NCBI GenBank assembly: GCA_046758705.1
Contig: JBHIAT010000041.1
Span: forward strand, 1 to 23,622
From: Candidatus Bipolaricaulia bacterium
Lineage (GTDB): Bacteria > Bipolaricaulota > Bipolaricaulia > JBHIAT01
Direction of reading: 5' to 3'
Length of the DNA: 23,622 bases
The position numbers and the translations under genes are program-made. Position 1 is the first letter of the stretch. Each line of letters opens with the position of its first letter. This document shows positions 10,469 through 17,635 of this stretch, one piece after another. Below the pieces are notes generated by a model, which did no database searches, was not told where the DNA came from, and saw only the letters and a program-made list of their open reading frames with translations.

Positions 10469-10663
10469 ATGGCTGTGCCCAAATACCGAGTATCCAAATC
10501 GCAGGGACGGAAACGCAGGACCCATTATCAGCTCGGACCGGTTACTGTCACCGAATGTCCGCATTGCCACGAGCCAAAACTCCCCCATCGTATCTGTACT
10601 AACTGCGGTTACTATGGCGGCAAGCAAGTCATCTCCGCCGCTGAGACAGAGCAGAAAGGTTAG
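10469..10663 (+). CDS. rpmF: 50S ribosomal protein L32 (zinc-ribbon form)
   Basis: MAVPKYRVSKS...CPHC...PHRICTNCGYY. The start is ATG 10469, not the ORF-track TTG 10340. Confidence 0.96.
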   Translation: MAVPKYRVSKSQGRKRRTHYQLGPVTVTECPHCHEPKLPHRICTNCGYYGGKQVISAAETEQKG

Positions 10664-10753
10664 TTGGAGCTGGGGGGGTGCCGAGGCAGCCCCACCGCTG
10701 AAGACAGTTCATTGGAGCCAACTATCTCAGGACAAAGCCCGGGTATTTAGGAA

Positions 10754-11779
10754 ATGAGCATGAGAATTATCTTAGACACCCTGGGCGGGGACAACCCACC
10801 GGAAGAGATTATTCGCGGTGGCGTGGCGGCGGCAAAGCGTTATGAGGGCATCGAAGTCGCCCTGGCCGGCCGATCGGAGCAGATCAAACCGGAACTGGAG
10901 CGCTGTGATCAATCGGTGACCGACCGGCTATCGATCATTGAGGCTCCGGAGGAGATCTCGATGTTCGAACCTCCGGTCCGAGCCGTCAAGAACAAGACGA
11001 ACTCATCGCTCGTCCGGGGAATCGAGGCATTAAAGGAGGAAGCTCCGGGGCAGGGGGATGCGTTGGTCAGCCCCGGCAACACCGGTGCGGTGATGGCGGC
11101 CGCGCTGTTGAAGCTCGGGCGAATCCGGGGAATCACCCGCCCCGGGATTGCAGCCGCACTGCCGACCCTCAAACAGGAGACGCTGGTCATCGATGTGGGG
11201 GCCAACACAGACTGCTCTCCTGAAAACCTAAAACAGTTCGCGATCATGGGACAGGTCTACGCCCGGGAGATCATGGAAATCGAGGACCCGCGGGTCGGGT
11301 TGCTCAACATCGGCGAGGAGCAGGGGAAGGGATCCGAACTCACGATCAACACCTACACGTTGCTCAAAGAGAGTTCCCTCAACTTCGTGGGGAATGTGGA
11401 GAGCCATTCGCTCATCACCGGCAGGGAGGTCGACGTGGTGGTCTGCGATGGGTTCGTGGGGAACGTGCTGTTGAAGGCCTATGAGGGAGGCGCGGAGGCG
11501 GTGTTGAAGCTGTTGAAGCGGTCGATCGAGCGGGATCTGTGGTCGAGGATCGGCGGACTCATCCTGGAGCCCACGCTACGGAATTTCATCCGAGAGATGA
11601 GTTCGTCTCACTACGGCGGTGCTCCGCTGCTGGGGGTGAAGGGGATCGTGATCATCGCCCATGGCCACGCCGATGCGGTAGCGATCGAGAACGCGATCGG
11701 GGTCGCCCAAAGCTCCGTTGTACAGCGGTTGATCGAGAAGATCCAACGAGGGATCGAGGCGGAGCTGAAGGAGGAGTGA
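10754..11779 (+). CDS. plsX: Phosphate acyltransferase PlsX
   Basis: DTLGGDNPP, SPGNTGA, DVGAN, LLNIGEEQGKG, VCDGFVGN, YGGAPLLG. Confidence 0.96.
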   Translation: MSMRIILDTLGGDNPPEEIIRGGVAAAKRYEGIEVALAGRSEQIKPELERCDQSVTDRLSIIEAPEEISMFEPPVRAVKNKTNSSLVRGIEALKEEAPGQGDALVSPGNTGAVMAAALLKLGRIRGITRPGIAAALPTLKQETLVIDVGANTDCSPENLKQFAIMGQVYAREIMEIEDPRVGLLNIGEEQGKGSELTINTYTLLKESSLNFVGNVESHSLITGREVDVVVCDGFVGNVLLKAYEGGAEAVLKLLKRSIERDLWSRIGGLILEPTLRNFIREMSSSHYGGAPLLGVKGIVIIAHGHADAVAIENAIGVAQSSVVQRLIEKIQRGIEAELKEE

Positions 11780-11783
11780 GGCG

Positions 11784-12767
11784 ATGGCGAACGTTGGCAT
11801 CATCGGGACTGGTGCTTACGTTCCTGATCGGGTGCTGACCAACCACGATCTGGAGCAGATGGTCGAGACCTCGGATGAATGGATCATCCAGAGAACCGGT
11901 ATCCGTGAGCGTCGCATCCTGAGGGAGGATGAGGATCCCTCGGTGATGGGGATCGTCGCCGCTCGGGAGGCGATTGAACGGGCCGGCATCGTGCCTGGGG
12001 ATCTCGATATGGTCATCGTGGCCACCAACGTCCCCGATAGGATCATGCCCGGTTCCGCCCCCTACATTCGCCAGGAGTTGGAGGTCGGCCGGGAGATCCC
12101 GTTCTTCGACGTCATGGCCGGATGCTCCGGCTTCATCTACGCGCTGGAGGTGGCCCGAGGGATGATCGCAACCGGTTCCTACCGCAACGTGCTCGTTGTC
12201 GGGGCTGACGCCATGTCACGAATCCTCGACTGGAAGGACCGATCGACCTGTGTGCTGTTTGGGGATGGCGCCGGGGCGGTGGTCGTCTCTCCAGTGGCGG
12301 GCGACCAGGGCATCCTCTCCTCATCCCTCCACGGGGACAGCTCCATGGCTGACCTCATCAAAATCGAGGCCGGCGGCGCTAAGATGCCGATCACCCCGGA
12401 ACTCGCCCGAAACGGGTTCCAGTACGTCCAGATGGAGGGTGGTGGCGTCTTCAAGAACGCCGTCAAGATGATGGAGAGTTCGACTCAAGAGGCGCTGGAT
12501 CAAGCCGGGGTCAGGCTCCAAGACCTCGATTGGGTCGCACCCCACCAGGCGAACCTGCGCATCATCAAATCACTGGCCGATCGACTTGATGTCCCGATGG
12601 AGAAGGTGCTGGTCAACATCGACCGCTATGCGAACACCTCGGCCGCGACCATCCCGCTGGTCTTGCACGAGGCTGCCGTCGACGGTCGGCTGAAGCCTGG
12701 CAATCTGGTGGTGCTGACCGCCTTCGGGGCGGGCGCGGCCTACGGAGCGATGGTTCTGCGGTGGTAG
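11784..12767 (+). CDS. fabH: 3-oxoacyl-ACP synthase III
   Basis: Catalytic triad motifs AGCSGF, PHQAN and ANTSAA; LFGDGAGA. Confidence 0.96.
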   Translation: MANVGIIGTGAYVPDRVLTNHDLEQMVETSDEWIIQRTGIRERRILREDEDPSVMGIVAAREAIERAGIVPGDLDMVIVATNVPDRIMPGSAPYIRQELEVGREIPFFDVMAGCSGFIYALEVARGMIATGSYRNVLVVGADAMSRILDWKDRSTCVLFGDGAGAVVVSPVAGDQGILSSSLHGDSSMADLIKIEAGGAKMPITPELARNGFQYVQMEGGGVFKNAVKMMESSTQEALDQAGVRLQDLDWVAPHQANLRIIKSLADRLDVPMEKVLVNIDRYANTSAATIPLVLHEAAVDGRLKPGNLVVLTAFGAGAAYGAMVLRW

Positions 12768-12778
12768 CCAGGGGAAAG

Positions 12779-13696
12779 ATGGAGGAACGGACAGCATTCG
12801 TCTTCCCCGGTCAGGGTTCCCAGTCGGTTGGGATGGGACAGCGGTGGTACGAGTGCTACCCGGTAGCGGTAGCCGAGTTCTACGAGCAGGCCGAAGCTGC
12901 CCTGGGCTTCGACATCAAGAAGCTGATCTTTAACGGCCCCGAAGCGGAACTGTCATTGACGGAGAACGCCCAGCCTGCCATCCTGCTCGATAGCATTATC
13001 AAGGATCATCTCCTCAAAGCACAGGGGGTTCGCCCCGAGATTGCCCTGGGACATAGCCTGGGAGAGTATTCAGCGCTGGTGAGCGCCGGGGTGGTTTCGC
13101 TCGAGGATGGCCTGCGATTGGTACGAAAGCGCGGCCGGTTGATGCAGGAGGCCGTCCCCATCGAGCAGGGGGCGATGGTAGCGATCCTCGGGTTGGCGTT
13201 CGACCAGGTCGTGGAGATCTGCGAGGCGGTCGAGGGGATCGCTGAAGTAGCCAACTACAACTCACCGACCCAGATTGTGATCTCCGGCAACCGGGACGCG
13301 GTCTTGGAGGCGGCGAACCGCGCCCAGGAGGCGGGCGCGATCCGGACGATCGAGCTGGAGGTCTCCGCCCCGTTTCACTGTTCTCTGATGGCTCCCGCTC
13401 AGGCCGGGTTGAAACGGAAGATCGCCGCAGTAAAATTTAGACGGCCAGCGTTCCCGGTGATCATGACGGTCAGCGGGCAGCTGGAGACAGAGTCCAAGGT
13501 GATCAAGGAGTTGCTCACCCGTCAGATCACCAGCCCGGTCCGTTGGGTTGATTATATCGAACGGTTGAGGCCGGAGGGGATCGAACGAACGATCGAGGTG
13601 GGGCCGGGGCAGGTTCTGACCGGGTTGAATCGGAGGATCACCCGCGAGATGGAACATCTCCGATTCTCCGATGCGATAAAGGCAAAGGCGTCATAG
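12779..13696 (+). CDS. fabD: Malonyl-CoA:ACP transacylase
   Basis: FPGQGSQ, GHSLGEY, VSAPFHC. Likely start is ATG 12779. The last codon and the TAG stop lie inside the adjacent mobile element end. Confidence 0.95.
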   Translation: MEERTAFVFPGQGSQSVGMGQRWYECYPVAVAEFYEQAEAALGFDIKKLIFNGPEAELSLTENAQPAILLDSIIKDHLLKAQGVRPEIALGHSLGEYSALVSAGVVSLEDGLRLVRKRGRLMQEAVPIEQGAMVAILGLAFDQVVEICEAVEGIAEVANYNSPTQIVISGNRDAVLEAANRAQEAGAIRTIELEVSAPFHCSLMAPAQAGLKRKIAAVKFRRPAFPVIMTVSGQLETESKVIKELLTRQITSPVRWVDYIERLRPEGIERTIEVGPGQVLTGLNRRITREMEHLRFSDAIKAKAS

Positions 13697-13906
13697 ACCC
13701 CACGCTTAACGGCGGGGGCTTGTGAGGTGATGAAATGAACAAGCCCATCTATGACCAGGTCTAGCGCCGGAGCCGATGGCAAGGCAACGATGGCGCTCCG
13801 TTGGAGGCGGGATAGCAGATCCACCCTGGAGTGCTTCCCCAGCCCCAGGCTCTGGAAGGCTGAACTGCAGACAACCTTTGGGGTAAGGACGAAACGGGCT
13901 CAGCCC
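13690..13906 (+). ncRNA. IscB-type omegaRNA (HEARO-like) scaffold, probably 3' truncated
   Basis: Perfect pairings GTCATAGA (13690-97)/TCTATGAC (13748-55) and GGGCTTGT (13716-23)/ACAAGCCC (13739-46); AGCGCC/GGCGCT; CCTGG...CTTCCCC...CCAGG; GGCTGA...TCAGCC. The layout matches the HEARO/omegaRNA pattern as I recall it. Confidence 0.75.
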
Positions 13907-13911
13907 TATTT

Positions 13912-13990
13912 AGTCAACAGTCAATGAGTCGACAGTCCATGGTCAACGGATCCAGACTGACGACTATGGACTTATGGACTATGGACTATG
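13912..13990. repeat. Inverted array of tandem 7-bp repeats
   Basis: AGTCAAC-AGTCAAT-(G)-AGTCGAC-AGTCCAT-GGTCAAC, a central GGATCC, then GACTGAC-GACTATG-GACTTATG-GACTATG-GACTATG. AGTCCAT is the reverse complement of ATGGACT. Confidence 0.9.
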
Positions 13991-14283
13991 TGGAATCGAA
14001 CGCGGTTTGGGCTTGTGAAGACGCACGCACTGGACGCCCTGTGCGTGGGCGAGGTCACAGGGATGTCGAGTGCGAGTGCCGGGTTGCCCGTCCTGGGAAT
14101 CCGGGCGATAGGTCGGGGGCGGCGGTGTCGGACCAACACGGACGCCTTTGGGTTCCCGCGCGGGTATCGGATGCGCCGAAAGCGGGTACAGGGGATGGGT
14201 ACGAGTACGAAACCAAAGGAGGGAGCGGTGGCACCTCCCCACGTTTGAAGATGGGGGCTTCCGCCGCCGCTTGGTCCAGGTGA
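13991..14283 (+). pseudogene. iscB: iscB (RRXRR-family) 3' remnant: RuvC-III region plus extreme C-terminus
   Basis: WNRTRFGLVKTHALDALCVG (RuvC-III H..DA), then GRGRRCRTNTDAFGFPRGYRMRRKRVQG. After a frame change, DGYEY...PRLKMGAS...TGA at 14281-83, resembling IscB C-termini. Confidence 0.8.
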
Positions 14284-14337
14284 TTGTCGATGGCTGAAGC
14301 CAAAGGGAAAGAGAAAGGGAAGGGGAAGGGAGAACGG

Positions 14338-15066
14338 ATGCGGTTTGTGGACAAGGTTGGGGTGGTAACCGGTGGGACGCTGGGGATCGGAAAAGCGATC
14401 GCTACCGCGCTCGTCCGGGAGGGGGCGACCGTTGCTATTCTGGCGCGGAACGAGGAGCGGGGACGCCAGGTCGAGGCAGCGCTCGGTGAGCACGCCCGGT
14501 TCTTCCCGGCCGACGTGGCCGACTTCGACGCGATGCAGGAGATGGCGCGGCAGATCTACGCGGCGTTCGGACGGATCGATCTGCTGATCAACAACGCCGG
14601 AATCATCCGGGACGGATTGCTGATGCGTATGAGTGAGGAAGACTGGGATCGCGTGCTGGAGGTTAACCTCAAAGGGGCGTTCAACTGCACGCGGGCGTTC
14701 ATCCGTTATATGCTGAAACAGCGGGCAGGGGCGATCGTCAACCTGTCTTCGATCGTCGGTCAGTTGGGAAACCCCGGTCAGGCCAATTACACGTCGGCGA
14801 AGGCCGGGCTCATCGGGTTGACCAAAACCATCGCCCGCGAATTCGCCTCGCGGGGGATCCGCGCCAACGTGGTCGCCCCCGGCTTCATCAACACCCGGCT
14901 GACTCAAGATTTGAACCAGAAGCGTCGTGACGCCTACCTCCAGCAGACCGCCATGGGTCGGTACGGCGACCCTGAGGAGGTCGCGCGGGCGGTCCTGTTC
15001 TTGCTCTCCGATGATGCCTCTTACATCACCGGCCAGGTGCTAAACGTCGATGGAGGTGTGTTATAG
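14338..15066 (+). CDS. fabG: 3-oxoacyl-ACP reductase
   Basis: TGGTLGIG, NNAGI, GNPGQANYTSAK, ITGQVLNVDGG. Likely start is ATG 14338 after AGGGAG. Confidence 0.95.
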   Translation: MRFVDKVGVVTGGTLGIGKAIATALVREGATVAILARNEERGRQVEAALGEHARFFPADVADFDAMQEMARQIYAAFGRIDLLINNAGIIRDGLLMRMSEEDWDRVLEVNLKGAFNCTRAFIRYMLKQRAGAIVNLSSIVGQLGNPGQANYTSAKAGLIGLTKTIAREFASRGIRANVVAPGFINTRLTQDLNQKRRDAYLQQTAMGRYGDPEEVARAVLFLLSDDASYITGQVLNVDGGVL

Positions 15067-15196
15067 TATAGCGTCGGTGGCCGTTGACAGCTGATTTGAC
15101 TTGCCTCTCTTGACAGACGGACGGTAAAACAGTAAATATATATGGTTATAAAAATCTGAATTCTATGGTATAACATGTTACGGAGGTGACCAGAAG

Positions 15197-15445
15197 GTGC
15201 CGGAGATTGCCGACAAAATCAAGAAGATCATTGAGGAGCAACTGATGGTCGATGGAACGGAGATCACCGAGAACGCCTCGTTCGTGGACGACCTGGGAGC
15301 TGACTCTCTCGATACCGTCGAGATGGTCATGGAGTTCGAGGACGAGTTCGGTGTCGAGATCCCCGATGAGGATGCGGAGAAGTTGCAGACGGTGGGACAG
15401 GCGATTGAGTATCTGACGCGGTTGATTGGAGAGAGCCACAATTAG
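15197..15445 (+). CDS. acpP: Acyl carrier protein
   Basis: Phosphopantetheine site [14 protein letters not shown] start after GGAGGTG. Confidence 0.97.
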   Translation: MPEIADKIKKIIEEQLMVDGTEITENASFVDDLGADSLDTVEMVMEFEDEFGVEIPDEDAEKLQTVGQAIEYLTRLIGESHN

Positions 15446-15485
15446 CGTTTAGCGCCAGGATCATAAATCCTGTGCGCGATCGTCA

Positions 15486-16718
15486 TTATGCTCCATACTT
15501 CTCTCCCCAGTCGTTATAGCTAAACAGCACCGGCAGAACCTGGCCGTGGAGGACCCCGAGCCCTCCCGCCGTCGTGCTTCGCTCGTTGAACCGGTTGACC
15601 CCGTCCACCAAGACGTTAGGGCCGGCAAATACGATCGGCACCGGCTCAGCGGTGTGATCCCCGTAAAGGATCGGGGTCGCATGATCGCCGGTGAATGCCA
15701 GGTGGGTCTCGTCCCAGTCGAGATGCTGGAGAAGATACGCAAACATCTCATCGATGCGCTCAATGAACGCGATCTTCGCCTCCGCATCGTGGTCGTGACC
15801 GGCGGCATCGGTCCCCTTGACGTGGATGAAGACGAAGTCCAGGTCTTTTAGGGTTTCAACAGCCAGGATCGCCTTGTTCAAGATCTTCGAGTCGAGTCCA
15901 CCGGTCGCCCCCTCGGCCCGGAACGATCGAAGCCCGGCGAGCTTCGCCACGCCGATGTACAACGCCCCGGTGGCGATCACCGCACCTTCAATCCCGTAGC
16001 GCTCCTGGAGCGATGTCAGTTGCGGTGGGACCGCCGCTCCGCGGGGAAGCAGCAGGTTAGCGGGTAAGTCGCCCCGTCGCTCGCGCTCTCGGTTGAACGG
16101 CAGGTCGGCGAGCAGCTCGTAGGATCTTACGACCAGGGCGTTCACAATCTCAGCCGTTTGCCAGGCGGCCTCGGTCTCGACCAACGGCATCGCTCGGTGG
16201 ATCTTGACCCCTGTCTTGTGTGGGTCGGGATCGCTGATCTCACTGGATAGATTCTCCCCACGCAGGACCAGCGCCCCACGGTGTTCGGTGCTCACTTTGA
16301 AGTGGATGTCGACATCCGGATACGCGTTGAGTTTCAGTCCGTGAACTGCCCGTTCCAGCTCATTTTGACCCTCACTGATCCGCCCGGCCCGCCGATCCAC
16401 GACCACGAGATCGTCATCGACGGTGGCAAAATTGGTGCGCAGGCAGACGTCCCCCGGACCGACCTCCATCCCGATCCCGACGGCCTCGAACACCCCCCGG
16501 CCGGTGTACACGACTTCCGGGTCGTAGCCGAAGATCGACAGGTGAGCTGTGTCGCTCCCCGGCCGTACCCCCGGCTTGATTGAGTAGAGGAGACCGTTAA
16601 TCCCCCGTTCGGCCAGTGCATCGAGATGGGGAGCCCGCGCTGCCTCCAGGCAGGTCTTCCCATCGTAGTCGGTCGGCCGGCCCCCCAGCCCATCGGCGAT
16701 CACCAGGACAGCCTTCAC
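15486..16718 (-). CDS. apgM: 2,3-bisphosphoglycerate-independent phosphoglycerate mutase, archaeal ApgM type
   Basis: ADGLG, PGSDTAHLSIFGYDP, GRGVFEAVG, DRRAGRI, HVKGTDAAGHD, TGDHATP, HTAEPVP. Confidence 0.9.
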   Translation of the reverse strand: MKAVLVIADGLGGRPTDYDGKTCLEAARAPHLDALAERGINGLLYSIKPGVRPGSDTAHLSIFGYDPEVVYTGRGVFEAVGIGMEVGPGDVCLRTNFATVDDDLVVVDRRAGRISEGQNELERAVHGLKLNAYPDVDIHFKVSTEHRGALVLRGENLSSEISDPDPHKTGVKIHRAMPLVETEAAWQTAEIVNALVVRSYELLADLPFNRERERRGDLPANLLLPRGAAVPPQLTSLQERYGIEGAVIATGALYIGVAKLAGLRSFRAEGATGGLDSKILNKAILAVETLKDLDFVFIHVKGTDAAGHDHDAEAKIAFIERIDEMFAYLLQHLDWDETHLAFTGDHATPILYGDHTAEPVPIVFAGPNVLVDGVNRFNERSTTAGGLGVLHGQVLPVLFSYNDWGEKYGA

Positions 16719-16815
16719 CGATCGTTCACCCCCATAGCGGTCAATCGAATGTCATCGGGAGGGGCTTCTGACTCATGATCTCGATCGGACTTAGAACGAT
16801 CACGATCTAATCGGC

Positions 16816-17184
16816 CTAGCAGGCGGTGCAGCGCCCGTGGAAGACGATCGTATGGCGATCGACTGAGAACCCCGTCTCCTCCCCCACCAGGTGGTTCAGC
16901 CCTTCTTGACCGGGAACCTCCAGATCGTATATGGTGCCACAGTGATCACAGACGAAGTGATAATGAGCTTCGGTCCTGTAATCGTAATGACTGGGGCCAT
17001 TGATTGACTCCAGTTCTATGATCAACCCTTCCTCAGCCAACAGGCCGAGGTTCCGATAGATGGTTCCCAGGCTGATGTTAGGGATGACTCCCTTGACCTT
17101 CTCGTAGACCCGGTCGGCGGTAGGATGGGAGGTATCCCCCTCCAAGGCTGCCAGGATCGCCTGGCGCTGTTCTGTCATTCTCAT
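16816..17184 (-). CDS. Fur-family transcriptional repressor (PerR-like)
   Basis: MTEQRQAIL, HPTAD, SLGTIYRNL, HYHFVCDHCG and C-terminal CTAC (two CxxC). Near bcp. Confidence 0.9.
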   Translation of the reverse strand: MRMTEQRQAILAALEGDTSHPTADRVYEKVKGVIPNISLGTIYRNLGLLAEEGLIIELESINGPSHYDYRTEAHYHFVCDHCGTIYDLEVPGQEGLNHLVGEETGFSVDRHTIVFHGRCTAC

Positions 17185-17554
17185 AAGTTTTGCGCGGTGG
17201 AAACCCCAGACTTCAGTCTGGGGAGGAGCTGCACTCCTTTCTTAGGATAATTCCTGGGGTGGTTTGATTGGGTCACCCCTGGAGACCACCCCGAAACTCC
17301 CTCACCCGTGTGGGTGGCTATTAAGCCCTTCGACACTGACCGCCGGAGAGGTAGCCGACTAGGGCAAGGCATCCGCTACATCCTGTGACCGCCACGTCGG
17401 ACAGTTCAGTTGCCTTCAAACGACCCCCCTATGCCGGGAATCTTGGCCAGTCTAGTCTTCCACCCTGAGTTGGGCCTGCCAGGCGAGCTACGATAGTTAG
17501 CAAGGCTACCTCACTCCTTTTACAGGCCCCGGACTTGAGTCCGGGGTAGTTGAC
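17185..17554 (-). mobile_element. ORF-less (MITE-like) IS200/IS605 OMEGA element consisting of an omegaRNA plus both ends
   Basis: On the minus strand it starts GTCAACTACCCC. Matching perfect subterminal hairpins CCCCGGACT-TG-AGTCCGGGG (17527-46) and CCCCAGACT-TC-AGTCTGGGG (17204-23) differ by a compensatory base pair. Followed directly by ATGA. Confidence 0.85.
17300..17554 (-). ncRNA. IsrB/IscB-type omegaRNA scaffold (apparently complete); 3' boundary approximate
   Basis: Minus strand reads GTCAACTACCCC...AGACTAGACTGGCCAAG...GTCGTTTGAAGGCAACTGAAC. A GTAGC/GCTAC stem has a loop GCCCT (17361-65) complementary to downstream AGGGC (17325-29), a predicted pseudoknot. ACTGA/TCAGT pairing. Confidence 0.72.
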
Positions 17555-17583
17555 GAGGGCACCTATCCCTTATCGAACATGTA

Positions 17584-17602
17584 TAAAGTAACGGTTACTT
17601 TA
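17584..17602. promoter_or_regulatory. Fur-family-type operator (9-1-9 palindrome), probable autoregulatory site
   Basis: Perfect AT-rich inverted repeat TAAAGTAAC-G-GTTACTTTA just downstream of the -10 box that faces the Fur/PerR gene. Confidence 0.7.
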
Positions 17603-17606
17603 CCTA

Positions 17607-17635
17607 AGTATAATCGATGCAGCGGGGTTGTTCAA
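17607..17635 (-). promoter_or_regulatory. Putative sigma70 promoter for the fur/perR gene and the inserted omegaRNA
   Basis: Minus strand TTGAAC (17635-30), 17-bp spacer, TATACT (17612-07). Confidence 0.65.

Larger units (their letters stand above)
13690..14279 (+). mobile_element. Internally deleted IS200/IS605-superfamily IscB (OMEGA) element, non-autonomous
   Basis: Begins GTCATAGACCCC. Related subterminal hairpins CCCCACGCTTAACGGCGGGGG (13698-13718) and CCCCACGTTTGAAGATGGGGG (14237-14257). Contains an omegaRNA-like stem set and iscB C-terminal remnants. Removing 13690-14279 restores fabD ...AAG GCG TGA. Confidence 0.82.

Noticed and set aside
13912-13990. Repeat array as a CRISPR array
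   Set aside because: The units are 7 bp, directly tandem, without unique spacers, and no cas genes are in the window.
14284-14337. Lys/Gly-rich N-terminal extension of FabG
   Set aside because: More simply a purine-rich leader containing the SD for ATG 14338; it cannot be fully excluded.
13972-14907. 311-aa minus-strand ORF
   Set aside because: Antisense shadow of fabG and the iscB remnant; long antisense ORFs are common opposite SDR genes in GC-rich DNA.
15084-15180. AT-rich acpP upstream region with several TTGAC and TATGGT(T)ATA motifs as a specific regulator site
   Set aside because: Probably holds an acpP promoter (for example TG-G-TATAAC at 15166-74), but I cannot assign one -35/-10 pair or a known operator with confidence.
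17181-17372. 63-aa minus-strand ORF as an independent gene
   Set aside because: It lies within the omegaRNA and element end with no clear RBS; only its last ~20 codons resemble an OMEGA nuclease C-terminus.
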